A stretch of 64,000 bases of DNA from Rikenellaceae bacterium. Lineage in GTDB: Bacteria > Bacteroidota > Bacteroidia > Bacteroidales > Rikenellaceae. The DNA lies in contig JBCQWE010000007.1 of assembly GCA_047172505.1 (NCBI GenBank), forward strand, positions 5,198-69,197, read 5' to 3'. The notes beneath the pieces were generated by a model. The model was not told the DNA's origin and searched no databases. It saw only the letters and a program-made list of their open reading frames with translations. This document shows positions 48,583 to 62,352 of this stretch, piece by piece (within the stretch, counting starts at the first letter, position 1; each line of letters opens with the position of its first letter). The translations under genes were made by a program, and so were the position numbers.

Positions 48583-50407
48583 AGTTCGGGTAGTTTATCT
48601 TCATCTCTTTGACCTGCCTCAAGATTGCGGGGCGCGAGATGGTGTCGGTTAGGTAAAATTCCTCGATCAGGCTGGCTATAGGTCGCGCGATGGTGGCACC
48701 GAAGCCGCCATTTTCGACATAGACCGAGATCGCGATCTTCGGATTGTCGCGTGGCGCAAACGAGAGGAAGGTCGAGTGGTCGCGGCCGTGAGGATTCTCC
48801 GCCGTACCAGTTTTTCCGCAGATGTCGAGCCCCGCGACGTAGGCGTTGTTGTACCACCCATCGGAGCCAACGTTGACACTTGCCCACATGCCGTCGACAA
48901 TCGTGTCGAAGTATTTAGATTCGACCATCGTCTGTTGAGGTTCGTAGAAGCGCCTATCTATGGAGTCGGCACCCTCCACCGCCTTGACAATGTGGGGGAT
49001 ATAGTAGTGACCACGGTTGGCCAAGATCGCCGCCATGTTGGCCATCTGCAATGGTGTGCAACCCAACTCGCCCTGTCCGATCGAGAGCGAGATCACGGTG
49101 AGCGAGTTCCACGAACCGTGATACTTCTTGTCGTAGGTGGCAACCGTGGGGACAAATCCCGACCCCTCGTTGAGAAAGTCGGAGCCCAATTTGCGACCAA
49201 AACCAAAGCTGAGGACATATTCGCGCCACTTCTCGAATCCATTTTTCACCCCGCCGCGGGCTGGGTTGTCCAAGATGTTGCGGTAGACGTGGCAGAAGTA
49301 GGTGTTGCACGACCACGCCACGGCGTTGTGTAGGTTAGTCGTAGCGCTATGTGGGTGACAGCCAAGCGTTCTATTGCCGTAGCGGAAGCCTCCGTGGCAA
49401 CTGTATGTTTGCGAGGGAGTGAGCACCCCTTCCTGTAAACCTATGAGTCCTTGGACTAACTTGAAGGTCGAACCAGGCGGATATTTCGATGTTACAGCGC
49501 GGTTGAACAGTGGGCGGCGAGGGTCGTTGAGCAGCTTCATGTAGTTGTTTCCGCGGTCGCGCCCCACCAAATCGTCGGGGTCGTAGGATGGCGACGAGAC
49601 CATCATCAAGATCTCGCCAGTCGAGGGTTCGATCGCCACCGCCGCACCAACTTTGCCCTCCATAAGTTCCTCGCCAAAGCGTTGAAGGCGAGCATCGATG
49701 GTCGAAATGAGGTATTGACCCTGTTGAGGCAATGTGTCGTAGATTCCATCCATGTAGCTGCCCTTGATGGCTCCGTGGCTGTCGACCTTGGTCACGCGAA
49801 CCCCCTTTTTGCCGCGCAGCTCATCTTCGAATGCCGACTCCACGCCATACATGCCGATGTACTCGCCAGCGCGATAGTCGGGCCTGCGGTCGAGGATCGA
49901 CTGTGTCACCTCGCTCACATAACCCAGGAGGTTGCCTCCAATGCTGCGAGGGTATTGGCGCACAGTGCGATAGACCATGTAGAAGCCCGAGAAGGCTGCC
50001 TCGTCGAAGAGTAGTTTCTCCTCGGTCGAGATATAGTTTGTCACCAGGCGCGGGGCGCGGGGCATCATGCGCGCATCGTTGAGTGCGCGGGTGAGTCGTG
50101 CGGGTGAGAGTCCCGTGATCTCGCACAAGCGCACCGAATCGAGAGAGGCGCGGTTAACCTCGCGGTAGATCACCATAAGGTCGTAACATTCGCGGCTCTG
50201 CACCAAGTACTCGCCATTGCGGTCGTAGACCTCGCCACGAGGTGGGTAGAGCACCTCGCGCCGCAGGACATTACCGTCGGCCAACCCTTTGTAGCGCGAC
50301 GAAAGCACCTGTATATTGAAAAGACGAATTAGTATGATTGCAAATATAAAGATAACTATGAGTTGCAACACCCTCATTCGAATAAACTCCTCTTGAGTGC
50401 GACTCAT
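48572..50407 (-). CDS. mrdA: Penicillin-binding protein 2
   Basis: PPRG, STFK (SxxK), SCN, KTG; within mre operon. Confidence 0.95.
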   Translation of the reverse strand: MSRTQEEFIRMRVLQLIVIFIFAIILIRLFNIQVLSSRYKGLADGNVLRREVLYPPRGEVYDRNGEYLVQSRECYDLMVIYREVNRASLDSVRLCEITGLSPARLTRALNDARMMPRAPRLVTNYISTEEKLLFDEAAFSGFYMVYRTVRQYPRSIGGNLLGYVSEVTQSILDRRPDYRAGEYIGMYGVESAFEDELRGKKGVRVTKVDSHGAIKGSYMDGIYDTLPQQGQYLISTIDARLQRFGEELMEGKVGAAVAIEPSTGEILMMVSSPSYDPDDLVGRDRGNNYMKLLNDPRRPLFNRAVTSKYPPGSTFKLVQGLIGLQEGVLTPSQTYSCHGGFRYGNRTLGCHPHSATTNLHNAVAWSCNTYFCHVYRNILDNPARGGVKNGFEKWREYVLSFGFGRKLGSDFLNEGSGFVPTVATYDKKYHGSWNSLTVISLSIGQGELGCTPLQMANMAAILANRGHYYIPHIVKAVEGADSIDRRFYEPQQTMVESKYFDTIVDGMWASVNVGSDGWYNNAYVAGLDICGKTGTAENPHGRDHSTFLSFAPRDNPKIAISVYVENGGFGATIARPIASLIEEFYLTDTISRPAILRQVKEMKINYPNYAK

Positions 50408-50922
50408 TACTTCAATAATTTATTGGTTAAGAAAAGACGAGCTATAAGCCAGACAAAAAGGATCGAGACCGCCGTGCTTGCCGTAAAGCGCCACAATGTG
50501 TAGAGCATGTGAATAGCCGAAAGCGATTCGAAGAGGAAGAATATAGCGTGGTGGAGCGCCACAACGATTACAATATAACGAAGATAGGCCCTATCGCCAA
50601 AACTGATCTCCGAGGGAACTCCTCGTTCGGCGCTTCGTTTATCGCCAACGATAAGCTTTAGGATGGGAGCTCTAAAAAAAGCTATGGCGATCGAGGCGAT
50701 CGAGTTGAGCCCACTGGTGCCCATCGCCGCATCCATGATCAAACCTAGCATAACCCCGCACCCAAGCATCACAATCTGCGACGATTCGATCGGCAACAGC
50801 ACAATGAAAACGATGTAGACCAACGGTGCCACAAGCACACTAGTGGAGAGAGAGTCGAAGATGAAGATTTGCGAGAGTACCGCCGTGAGCAGTAGTGCGA
50901 TATATGGTAGTATGCGAAACAT
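50407..50922 (-). CDS. mreD: Rod shape-determining protein MreD
   Basis: Hydrophobic 171 aa between mreC and mrdA; GLIMD motif. Confidence 0.85.
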   Translation of the reverse strand: MFRILPYIALLLTAVLSQIFIFDSLSTSVLVAPLVYIVFIVLLPIESSQIVMLGCGVMLGLIMDAAMGTSGLNSIASIAIAFFRAPILKLIVGDKRSAERGVPSEISFGDRAYLRYIVIVVALHHAIFFLFESLSAIHMLYTLWRFTASTAVSILFVWLIARLFLTNKLLK

Positions 50923-50948
50923 AGTCTAGGGGTGGTTAAAATTCTCGG

Positions 50949-51785
50949 TTAATAGTTCTTTCCCATATCGTCGATCAAGGCCTCGATCTCGCCGCTGTCT
51001 CTGCTGCCGACAAGCAACACATAATCGATGGCGGTGATCTCTGCCGCCAAGTCGATCTCGACGTTGTAGGCTGTCTGCATCTCGTTGAATTCGAACGAGG
51101 CTACGGTGCCAATTTTTACCCCTCCAGGGAAAATGTTGGAGAATCCAGTCGAGACAATCGTGTCGCCTGCTTCGATATGTTCATATTTCGACAAGTCGGT
51201 CATCGAGACCCTATAACGGTCTTTGCCCTCCCAGCGGATCGAGCCGTAGTTGTTGCCACCCAGCACCTTGCCACTAGTGGTGAAGCTGTGGCTAAGGATC
51301 GAAAGCACTGCGCTATAGCGGCCAACACACCCTGCTACGTAGCCCAACATCTCGCCTGTGGGGGTTATAACGGCCATCTTCTCGTAAATGCCGTCTTCGA
51401 TACCTTTGTCGACCACGATAAAGTTGTCGCGTTTATTGATCGAGTTCGAGACCACCTTTGCCACCGTGTAGGTGAAGGCGGGGTCTTCGAACGAGAGATC
51501 TTCAACTTCCGCTTCGCCATGGGTTAGTGCGGCGTAGCTGTCGATCTGCGACTCTAACTCTGCGATGCGCTCGGTGAGTTGCAGGTTCTCTTTGGGGAGC
51601 TCGAAAAGCCTTATCGTGCTGCGGATGCTTCTGCTCACCCCGCCAGTCATCGAGGCCGAGATCACAAATATCTTTGCGCGAGTGTAGCTGCTCGACCCCG
51701 CATAGTGACCTATAGCTATAGCCTCGGCAATGATAAAGAGGGCAACGACGTAGGTTGAACGTATAAACTCAAAGAATCGAAACAC
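50949..51785 (-). CDS. mreC: Rod shape-determining protein MreC
   Basis: TM plus coiled coil, AKVVSNS, VDKG, GDTIVSTG..IFPGG. Confidence 0.92.
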   Translation of the reverse strand: MFRFFEFIRSTYVVALFIIAEAIAIGHYAGSSSYTRAKIFVISASMTGGVSRSIRSTIRLFELPKENLQLTERIAELESQIDSYAALTHGEAEVEDLSFEDPAFTYTVAKVVSNSINKRDNFIVVDKGIEDGIYEKMAVITPTGEMLGYVAGCVGRYSAVLSILSHSFTTSGKVLGGNNYGSIRWEGKDRYRVSMTDLSKYEHIEAGDTIVSTGFSNIFPGGVKIGTVASFEFNEMQTAYNVEIDLAAEITAIDYVLLVGSRDSGEIEALIDDMGKNY

Positions 51786-51826
51786 GGCTTAATGAAAATT
51801 CTGTTTTCTTATCTAATTTTAATATC

Positions 51827-51929
51827 AAAGAGAGTGACTAACAACTCAGAAGAGTAATATATTTGGTCATTGCGGATCGAGTCCGCAATGACGTTTTTGG
51901 TAGGTTGTACTTTATTAGTCGCGCTCTTT
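51827..51929. mobile_element. Symmetrical REP (51866-51893) inside a type 2 TIR shell
   Basis: AAAGAGAGTGACTAACAA vs reverse-complemented right end AAAGAGCGCGACTAATAA (15/18); central GTCATTGCGGA-TCGAG-TCCGCAATGAC. Confidence 0.7.
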
Positions 51930-51944
51930 TGATCTCTCATTGGA

Positions 51945-52964
51945 TTATCGCATCAAAAATGAGAACTGATCGATATTCTTAAGGGCGATTCCCGTGCCGC
52001 GAGCAATAGCGCGTAGTGGATCTTCGGCGATGTGGAATTGGATACCTGTTTTCTCGTAGAGTCTGCGGTCCAGACCACGGATCAAGGCTCCACCTCCTGC
52101 CAAGAAGATTCCGTTGCGCACGATGTCCGAGTAGAGCTCGGGGGGAGTCGACTCCAAAACCTTCATAAGCGCTGCGTCGAGCTTCACAAGCGACTTTTCG
52201 AGCGAGTAGGCGATCTCGGCGTAGTTGAGCTTCACGGTCTGAGGGAGCGCCGTTAGCATGTTGGGACCTGTCACCACGAAATCTTCTGGAGCATCGTCCA
52301 ATTCGGTTAGTGCTGCACCTATCGAACATTTTATCGCCTCGGCAGTGCGCTCTCCAATGCGGATGTTGTGTTGTTGGCGCACGTAATTTTGGATGTCCGA
52401 CGTGAAAACATCACCCGCCACATTGATCGACTCGGAGCAGACGATACCTCCTAGCGAGATACAAGCGATCTCCGAAGTACCACCACCGATGTCGATAACC
52501 ATGCTTCCCTCGGGAGCTTCGACGTCGAGTCCAGCACCCAAAGCCGCAGCCATAGGTTCGAAGATCATAAACACCTCGCGAGCACCAGCGTGAACCGCCG
52601 AATCGCGCACGGCACGGATTTCGACGTTGGTCGAGCCCGATGGGATACAGATCACCATCCTGAGCGATGGTGCGAAGAGCGAGCCCGACATTTTCACCTT
52701 TTTGATCAAACCTTTGAGCATCAACTCCGTAGCGTTGAAATCGGCGATCACACCATCCTTCAACGGGCGGATGGTTTTGATGTTGGGGTTAGTTTTCTCG
52801 AACATCTGACGTGCTCGTTGACCGATGGCCATAAGTTTGCCCGAATGTACATCGAGCGCAACGATCGATGGCTCATCGACTACAACCTTGCCGTTGTAGA
52901 TGATAAGTGTGTTTGCAGTACCTAAATCTATTGCCAACTCTTGAGTTAATGCAAATAGTCCCAT
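51945..52964 (-). CDS. mreB: Actin-like MreB
   Basis: IDLGTANT, RPLKDGVIADF, EPMAAALG, DIGGGTSE, LAGGGAL. Confidence 0.98.
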   Translation of the reverse strand: MGLFALTQELAIDLGTANTLIIYNGKVVVDEPSIVALDVHSGKLMAIGQRARQMFEKTNPNIKTIRPLKDGVIADFNATELMLKGLIKKVKMSGSLFAPSLRMVICIPSGSTNVEIRAVRDSAVHAGAREVFMIFEPMAAALGAGLDVEAPEGSMVIDIGGGTSEIACISLGGIVCSESINVAGDVFTSDIQNYVRQQHNIRIGERTAEAIKCSIGAALTELDDAPEDFVVTGPNMLTALPQTVKLNYAEIAYSLEKSLVKLDAALMKVLESTPPELYSDIVRNGIFLAGGGALIRGLDRRLYEKTGIQFHIAEDPLRAIARGTGIALKNIDQFSFLMR

Positions 52965-53135
52965 ATCTTTATATTTTATTAATTGTCAATGTTTTGAGCC
53001 CTCGTGTCAAGATTGAAGATTGTCGCTCTTTTCGGCCTTGGGGCTTCCGCTTGCAAAATTAACAAAAAGAAAGGAGAATCTGCATATTTTATTTACTTTT
53101 TTTTACTCTTTTTTTTGTGCTGTTTTTTTGTGCTG

Positions 53136-53228
53136 TTGCGCTTTTGGGCTTTTCGCTTTGCTCAAAGATTTTCCCTTCTCAGCAAAGACTCAGCAAAGAC
53201 TCAGTAAATTCTCAGCAACCCCCCCCCC
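53136..53228 (-). repeat. Short family C copy (CTGAG array plus terminal motif, no core)
   Basis: Minus strand: G-run-TTG-CTGAGAATTTA-CTGAGTCTTTG-CTGAGTCTTTG-CTGAG...GAGCAAAGCGAAAAGCCCAAAAGCGCAA. Confidence 0.7.
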
Positions 53229-53277
53229 AGTTCAACCAAAAAAAAATCATGGTGCGATTCTTGCCACCCTCCCCGAT

Positions 53278-54163
53278 ATGAAAAGATTAAAACCACACCT
53301 TGCACTTTTTTTCTGCAACGCTATTTGGGCGGTCAATTATCCGTTCTACCACATCCTCTTTTCGAAGGGTATCAGCGCCGCAGCTATGCTCGAATTGTCG
53401 CTACTCGTGGCGGCGCTACTTGCCTTTGTGCCACTGCTTTGGAGCCGCGCGGAGAAGATCGCAAGGGGCGACATTAAATACCTCTTTGCCGCCGCCATTC
53501 TCTCGGGCCTGATGCGCAAGGGATTTGTGATATTTTCGCTCTCGCTCACCACCCCCATCGAGGCTTCGATCATCTCGTCGCTGCTGCCAGTGATGGCGCT
53601 GTTGATCTCGGTTGCGATGGGCATCGACCGTTTTACCTCGTCTCGCATTATAGGTATAATCCTGGGCATGGTCGGCGTGGTGGCGGTGATCGCGAGGGGT
53701 GGTTCAACGGGCAGTGCGACATGTGCCTTGTGTGGTAATGTTTTGATGGTGCTCTACACCGTTGCTGCGGGGTTCTACATGGTGTGGCTTCAACCAATGT
53801 TCAAGAAATATAAGCCTGTGACACTCCTGCGCTGGATCTACCTGCTCTCGTCGCTGATGTTCCTGCCTTTTAGTCTCGATGCGATAACCAAGATTCCGCT
53901 CTCGACCCTCTCGACCCACACCCTTATCTTGGGTGCGGTTGTTGTCGCGCTGCCAACTTTCCTTCCGAACTTGCTGCTTAGCTACGCTTTGCGCAGTGTT
54001 AAGCCCACCGTGTCGAGCATATATAGCTACTTGCAGCCGATCCTAGCCATCGCTGTTTCGCTATGGCTAGGAGTCGGAAAGTTACATATAAGCACCCTGC
54101 TTTTTGGCCTTATAATCATTGCGGGTGTGACGCTGGTGATTCGTTCCTACGAGCACAAATCGC

Positions 54164-54177
<14 letters not shown>
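53278..54177 (+). CDS. DMT/EamA family transporter
   Basis: About 10 TM, two EamA repeats, YSYLQP; start moved to ATG 53278. Confidence 0.88.
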
Positions 54178-56599
<2,422 letters not shown>

Positions 56600-56662
56600 A
56601 ATCAATAATATAAGTTATTCTGATAGGATAACGCAAAAAGATTTGTTTTTATTATATTGGGG

Positions 56663-57175
56663 TTATGGGGTTGGTGTAGCACCACCTCTGGGCCATTCGC
56701 CCAATTCCATGTCGGAGATCTGACCTTTGTCGATGCGGAAGCGGAGTGCTGTGCGGACTTTGTGGATGCCGTAATTGCCTGCTGCGCCAGGGTTTAGGTG
56801 GAGGAGATTGTGTTGAGGATCGTTAATAATTTTTAGAATATGCGAGTGTCCCGCGATAAAGATATTGGGGCGCGAGGTGCGGATATTGGCTAGCGCCTCG
56901 GCTTGGTAGCGACCAGGGTAGCCGCCGATATGGGTCATAAGAATCTTCATCCCCTCGCACTCGAAAAGCAGGTCGCGCGTAAAGGCACGGCGGCACTCGG
57001 CACCATCGATATTGCCCCATACGGCACGCAGAGGCTTGAATGCGGCGATCTGGTCGGCAAGCGCCAAGGAGCCAATGTCGCCCGCATGCCAGATCTCGTC
57101 GACATCGCGAAAGAAGTGGCGCAGGGTCTCATCGAAGCAGTTATGAGTGTCGGAAAGTAGACCTATTCGTTTCAT
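56663..57175 (-). CDS. YfcE-like metallophosphoesterase
   Basis: SDTH, HAGD, GNID, GHSH, NPG. Confidence 0.9.
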   Translation of the reverse strand: MKRIGLLSDTHNCFDETLRHFFRDVDEIWHAGDIGSLALADQIAAFKPLRAVWGNIDGAECRRAFTRDLLFECEGMKILMTHIGGYPGRYQAEALANIRTSRPNIFIAGHSHILKIINDPQHNLLHLNPGAAGNYGIHKVRTALRFRIDKGQISDMELGEWPRGGATPTP

Positions 57176-58449
57176 TACATATATTTTTTACCCCACAACC
57201 TCTCGATCCGCTCCGCTATCTTTGCCTCGGTGCTATTCTCTCGGTTGGGCTCGTAGAAGCGTGTTCCTGCGAGCGAGTCGGGGAAAAACTCTTGATCGAC
57301 GAAGCTCCCCTCGAAGTCGTGGGCGTAGCGATAATCCTTGCCGTAGCCCGCTTCGCTCATAAGCTTTGTGGGGGCGTTGCGCAGGTGGAGCGGAATGGGG
57401 CGGTTTTGCGTGTCGTGCTTCACCATGGCTAGAGCCTTGTTTATGGCGTTGTATGCAGAGTTAGATTTTGGACTCGTGGCAAGATATATAGTAGTCTGTG
57501 CCAATGTGATACGTGCTTCGGGCATCCCGATCTTGTGGACGGTATCGAAGCAGGCGTTAGCCAAAAGCAGAGCGTTGGGATTAGCTAATCCGACATCCTC
57601 CGAAGCTAAAATCACCAAGCGCCGAGCGATGAATCGAGCCTCCTCGCCACCCGCCAACATGCGCGCTAGGTAGTAGATAGCAGCATTGGGGTCGCTCCCT
57701 CTGACCGACTTGATGAAGGCAGAAATTACGTCGTAGTGCTGCTCGCCATTTTTGTCGTAGAGGGCGATATTTTGTTGTAGGCACTCGGTGACGTAGTTGT
57801 TGGTTATCGTCACCTTGCCTGTTGTTGCGCCAGTGATTATATCTAAGATATTTAGCAGTTTACGTGCGTCGCCACCCGAAAAAGTGAACAACGCCTCGCG
57901 CTCTACTACCTCCACTTCGCGCTGGCGTAGCTCCGTATCCTCGCCCAGAGCGCGTTGCAGAAGCTTCTCCAAATCTGCCTCCTCCATGCTTTTGAGGATG
58001 TAGACCTGGCAGCGGCTCAATAGAGGCGAGATCACCTCGAACGATGGGTTCTCGGTGGTGGCACCGATGAGTGTTACTACCCCCTGTTCGACGGCACCGA
58101 GCAGCGAATCTTGTTGCGATTTGTTGAAGCGGTGGATCTCATCGATAAATAGGAACGGTGGTTTTGAGTCGAAAAAGCGTTGACGTTTAGCCGATTCGAT
58201 AACTTCGCGCACATCCTTCACCCCCGACGAGATCGCCGAGAGGGTGAAGAAAGGTCGCTCAAGTTGATTGGCAATGATCTTTGCCAGAGTAGTTTTCCCG
58301 ACTCCAGGAGGCCCCCACAAGATAAACGAGGGGACGTTGCCCGTTTCGAAAAATTTGCGGAATACGCCGTTGGCACCCACCAAGTGCCCCTGACCAATAT
58401 AGTCGTCGAGGGTCAGAGGTCGTAGCCTTTCGGGAAGTGGCGCAGCCAT
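57175..58449 (-). CDS. rarA: Replication-associated recombination protein A
   Basis: PLPERLRP, GPPGVGKT, DEIHRFNK, GATTENPSF, SAFIKSVRGSD, ASEDVGLA. Confidence 0.95.
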   Translation of the reverse strand: MAAPLPERLRPLTLDDYIGQGHLVGANGVFRKFFETGNVPSFILWGPPGVGKTTLAKIIANQLERPFFTLSAISSGVKDVREVIESAKRQRFFDSKPPFLFIDEIHRFNKSQQDSLLGAVEQGVVTLIGATTENPSFEVISPLLSRCQVYILKSMEEADLEKLLQRALGEDTELRQREVEVVEREALFTFSGGDARKLLNILDIITGATTGKVTITNNYVTECLQQNIALYDKNGEQHYDVISAFIKSVRGSDPNAAIYYLARMLAGGEEARFIARRLVILASEDVGLANPNALLLANACFDTVHKIGMPEARITLAQTTIYLATSPKSNSAYNAINKALAMVKHDTQNRPIPLHLRNAPTKLMSEAGYGKDYRYAHDFEGSFVDQEFFPDSLAGTRFYEPNRENSTEAKIAERIERLWGKKYM

Positions 58450-58468
58450 AGCTCTAAACTACAGGTTG

Positions 58469-58744
58469 TTACATGTCGAATTTCTCGATCTTCGACGTGC
58501 AAAGATCGCCCAATGCTGCGATAGCAGTGGTGAAGTGTGGGGTTTGGTTGTGTGCCGCAAGAGCTGCATCGTCGGCCCAGGTCTCGCAGATGATGTAGAC
58601 TCCAGGGCGAGTTGTAGACTCAAAAAGATCGTATGCGATGCAGCCAGCCTCAGCTTGTGAGCCCGCCACCAATGGTTTTACTGCTGCGAGGAATTGCTCT
58701 GCGGCACCCTCGTTTACTTGAAAAAATGCGTTTACGCGAATCAT
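58469..58744 (-). CDS. ABM-family putative quinol monooxygenase
   Basis: EAGCIAY, ETW...AHNQTPHF. Confidence 0.85.
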   Translation of the reverse strand: MIRVNAFFQVNEGAAEQFLAAVKPLVAGSQAEAGCIAYDLFESTTRPGVYIICETWADDAALAAHNQTPHFTTAIAALGDLCTSKIEKFDM

Positions 58745-58937
58745 AATTTTAATTTTTTTAGTGTTTAACCTCGGGGGTAAGTAGGGTGAAATAATTATTG
58801 GTGTATTTTTAAGAGTGCTATTGGAGATGAGATTTTTTGCTATTGAATTGAAAATATAGTTGTTCTATATTGAGATTTAATAGTGAAAAGTATCGCTCTA
58901 AGAGTGTTGTTAAAAATATGGCAATAATTGTTTTACA

Positions 58938-60686
58938 CTACTTAACTGTTGCCAAGTAGAGCTCGTCGAGCTGCGCTTGGTCGATAAGCGATGGAGCATC
59001 GATCATCACGTCGCGACCCGCGTTGTTTTTCGGGAATGCGATATAGTCGCGGATCGACTCCACGCCACCAAAGAGCGAACATAGGCGGTCGAAACCAAAT
59101 GCGAGGCCACCGTGTGGGGGCGCTCCGAACTTAAATGCGTTCATCAAGAAGCCAAACTGCTCCTCTGCCTTCTCGGGTGTGAAGCCCAAGATCTCGAACA
59201 TCTGTGCCTGAAGCTTCGAATCGTGGATACGGATCGAACCACCACCGATCTCGGTTCCGTTACAAACAAAGTCGTAGGCGTTGGCACGCACCTTGCCTGG
59301 GTCGGTTGCCAAGTGGTGAACGTCCTCCAACTTTGGCGATGTAAATGGGTGGTGCATAGCGTAGTAGCGATTAGTCTCCTCGTCCCACTCAAATAGAGGG
59401 AAGTCGACGATCCAAAGTGGAGCGAAAGTTTTAGGATCACGCAATCCTAGGCGCTCGCCAACTTCGAGACGCAAGGTGTTGAGTTGCGAAAGAGCCTTGT
59501 ATTTCTTGCCACAAAGGATGAAAACCATGTCGCCCGCCGCAGCTCCTGCTTTGTCGGCCATCGCCTTAACTTGGTCGGGGGTGTAGAACTTGTCGATAGA
59601 CGATTTTGTGGTGCCGTCGGCCTCTACGCGGATCCAAACCAGCCCCTTTGCTCCCACCTGTGGGCGCTTAACGAATGCTGTGAGCTCGTCGATCTGTTTG
59701 CGGGTGTATGTTGCGCAACCAGTTGCTGCAAAGCCACATACGTACTCCGAGTCGTCGAAAACCGAGAATCCGTGACCCTGAGCTATCTCCGTAAGGTCGG
59801 CAAACTCCATACCAAAGCGGATGTCGGGTTTGTCGGAACCATACTTCTCCATCGCCTCGTGCCAACTCATGCGTGGGAACGACTCTGCTAAAGTGATGCC
59901 CATCACCTCTTTGAACATATATTTTGCCCAACGCTCAAATGTCGAAAGCACATCTTCCTGCTCGACGAAGGCCATCTCGCAGTCGATCTGAGTAAACTCG
60001 GGTTGGCGGTCGGCACGAAGATCCTCGTCGCGGAAGCAACGCACGATCTGGAAATATTTGTCGTAGCCCGCAACCATCAACAACTGTTTGAAGGTTTGTG
60101 GCGATTGTGGAAGTGCGTAGAACTCGTTGGGGTTCATGCGGCTAGGTACTACAAAGTCGCGAGCTCCCTCGGGCGTTGATTTGATAAGGTATGGGGTCTC
60201 GATCTCGAGGAAGCCCTCCGAGTCGAGGAAGTTGCGCACCGCGTGTGCCATCTTGTGGCGAAGGATCATCGCGCGTTGAAGTGGCGCACGACGTAGGTCG
60301 AGGTAGCGGTACTTCATGCGTAGGTCGTCGCCACCGTCGGAATTTTCCTCGATGGTGAAAGGTGGAGTTTGTGCCGCGTTGAGGATGGTAAGCTCCTGAG
60401 CCACAACCTCAATCTCGCCCGTAGCCATCTTGGGGTTTTTGGCCGAACGCTCGACAACCTTGCCTGTAACCTGCAACACATACTCGCGGCCAAGCTCCGC
60501 AGCAACTGCCTTGGTGGCCTCCGACGAGTGCTCCTCGACAACGATTTGGGTGATACCGTAGCGGTCGCGCAGGTCGATAAAGGTCATAGCGCCAAGGTTG
60601 CGAACCTTCTGCACCCAGCCCGAAAGGGTAACGCTCTGATCGATGTTTGTGGCTCTTAGGCAGCCACATGTATGACTTCTGTACAT
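58938..60686 (-). CDS. aspS: Aspartate-tRNA ligase
   Basis: MYRSHTCG start, [46 protein letters not shown]. Confidence 0.98.
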   Translation of the reverse strand: MYRSHTCGCLRATNIDQSVTLSGWVQKVRNLGAMTFIDLRDRYGITQIVVEEHSSEATKAVAAELGREYVLQVTGKVVERSAKNPKMATGEIEVVAQELTILNAAQTPPFTIEENSDGGDDLRMKYRYLDLRRAPLQRAMILRHKMAHAVRNFLDSEGFLEIETPYLIKSTPEGARDFVVPSRMNPNEFYALPQSPQTFKQLLMVAGYDKYFQIVRCFRDEDLRADRQPEFTQIDCEMAFVEQEDVLSTFERWAKYMFKEVMGITLAESFPRMSWHEAMEKYGSDKPDIRFGMEFADLTEIAQGHGFSVFDDSEYVCGFAATGCATYTRKQIDELTAFVKRPQVGAKGLVWIRVEADGTTKSSIDKFYTPDQVKAMADKAGAAAGDMVFILCGKKYKALSQLNTLRLEVGERLGLRDPKTFAPLWIVDFPLFEWDEETNRYYAMHHPFTSPKLEDVHHLATDPGKVRANAYDFVCNGTEIGGGSIRIHDSKLQAQMFEILGFTPEKAEEQFGFLMNAFKFGAPPHGGLAFGFDRLCSLFGGVESIRDYIAFPKNNAGRDVMIDAPSLIDQAQLDELYLATVK

Positions 60687-60777
60687 AATATAATTGTTAT
60701 TTTGTTTTGTTTTCCTAACTTTGCAATTCACAAAGATAATAAAAAATAGAAATACAATATATATACGCAGGCAAAAA

Positions 60778-61215
60778 ATGGTAGATAAAGATAAAAAATA
60801 TATCTCTTTGGCAATCTCCGAGGCAAAAAAAGCACTTAAAGAGGGCGAAGTACCCATCGGTGCGGTGGTCGTTGCGGGCGATGTGATCATAGGTCGGGGC
60901 CACAACCTCGTGGAGACTCTCTCCGATGCCACGGCCCATGCCGAGATGCAGGCCATAACTGCCGCAACATCGACACTTGGGGGGAAGTACCTCGCCGATG
61001 CGACGTTATACGTCACTCTCGAACCATGTATAATGTGTGCTGGAGCCATCGCCTGGAGCCAACTTGGTGCTGTGGTATGGGGTGCCGATGACCCGAAGCG
61101 AGGTTTTCGGAGCTACTCTGAAAAGGTTTTTCACCCCAAAACCCAGGTGCGAAGTGGGGTGTCGAAAGAAGAGTGCGAAGAGCTCATGCGCTCTTTTTTC
61201 ACAAAATTGCGCTAG
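60778..61215 (+). CDS. tadA: tRNA adenosine deaminase
   Basis: [18 protein letters not shown]; start at ATG 60778. Confidence 0.9.
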   Translation: MVDKDKKYISLAISEAKKALKEGEVPIGAVVVAGDVIIGRGHNLVETLSDATAHAEMQAITAATSTLGGKYLADATLYVTLEPCIMCAGAIAWSQLGAVVWGADDPKRGFRSYSEKVFHPKTQVRSGVSKEECEELMRSFFTKLR

Positions 61216-61350
61216 TAATTTTGAATATATATAAAAAAAATGTATTTTTGCCAATTAACTAGACAAACCTATCGCTGTTTCTCGACAAAAGGGGCGGAAT
61301 AGGGCTGGAGAAATTTTAAGAAAATTATAAAAATAAAATAATTTACAGCA

Positions 61351-62298
61351 ATGAAAAAATTAATTCTTACTCTATTTGCGGCTACTGCCGCCTTTGTTGC
61401 ATCGGCTCAAGAAGATGTAACAACAATCTACAACGCAGCAGCAGCAGCTTACGGCGCAAAACAATTCGACGTTGCAGCCGAGAGCTTCGACAAAGTTATC
61501 GAGCTTGGCATGGACGACGAAAATGCTGCGAGCATGGTCGCAACAGCTAAAACATATTTGCCTAAGTGCTACTACATGCTTGGTGGCCGCACAATGCAGG
61601 CGGGTGACTACGATGCTGCTTTCGCTAACTTCACTCTAGCTGCTGAATATGCAGAATTATACGACGACGTAAAGACTCAAACCAACGCAAATGGCTGGAT
61701 TGCAAAGCTATACCAAAAACAAGGTGGCGACGCTTTCAATGCTAAAGATTACGAGACGGCAAAAGAGATCTTCGCTAAAGGTTACGAGTCGGACCCACGC
61801 AACACCGAGATGGCTAACTGGCTTGGAATCTGCTACTGCGAGACCGACGAGTTCGAGAAGGGTATGGAGATTTTTTATACAGTCTCGGAGATGGGTACCA
61901 CCAACCCAAAATATGCTGAGGGCGCAGCTGAGGCTCAAAAAAATATGGCTATCTACACCAACAACCGTGTGGCATCTTTCCAGGCTGAGGGTAACAACGA
62001 CGGTGTTATCGCAATGGCAGAGTGGATCTTAGCAAATGATCCAACAAACGCTCTAGCTGAGAAGATCCGCCTCCAAGCATACTACGACAAGAAAGATCAC
62101 GCTGCTGTAACTGCTGCGGCTGAGGATGCTGCGGCTGCTCAAACAGACGAGGTGGAGCGTAGCAACGTCTACTTCATCCTTGGTGCATCGTACAACGACC
62201 GCGAAATGCGCGACCAAGCTATCGCAGCATTCAAGAAGGTTACAGAAGGTCCTAACGCTGAGATCGCTGCGGCAACTATCGCCGAACTTAGCAAATAG
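61351..62298 (+). CDS. Exported tetratricopeptide repeat protein
   Basis: Signal peptide ending ASA-Q; Ala/Tyr-rich helical repeats. Confidence 0.82.
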   Translation: MKKLILTLFAATAAFVASAQEDVTTIYNAAAAAYGAKQFDVAAESFDKVIELGMDDENAASMVATAKTYLPKCYYMLGGRTMQAGDYDAAFANFTLAAEYAELYDDVKTQTNANGWIAKLYQKQGGDAFNAKDYETAKEIFAKGYESDPRNTEMANWLGICYCETDEFEKGMEIFYTVSEMGTTNPKYAEGAAEAQKNMAIYTNNRVASFQAEGNNDGVIAMAEWILANDPTNALAEKIRLQAYYDKKDHAAVTAAAEDAAAAQTDEVERSNVYFILGASYNDREMRDQAIAAFKKVTEGPNAEIAAATIAELSK

Positions 62299-62352
62299 AT
62301 AATAATGTGGGGCGTGTGAGGTTAACTCGCGCAGCACCAATCAAATATAACT

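Noticed and set aside
58750-58935. AT-rich intergenic stretch as a foreign insert or origin
   Set aside because: No repeats, DnaA boxes or boundaries seen; consistent with an ordinary promoter region.
60687-61049. N-terminal extensions in the ORF track (aspS; also RelA/SpoT to 34526, DMT from 53020, lolE to 9080, kinase from 4201)
   Set aside because: They overlap neighbouring genes, promoters or repeats; conserved N-termini begin at downstream starts.
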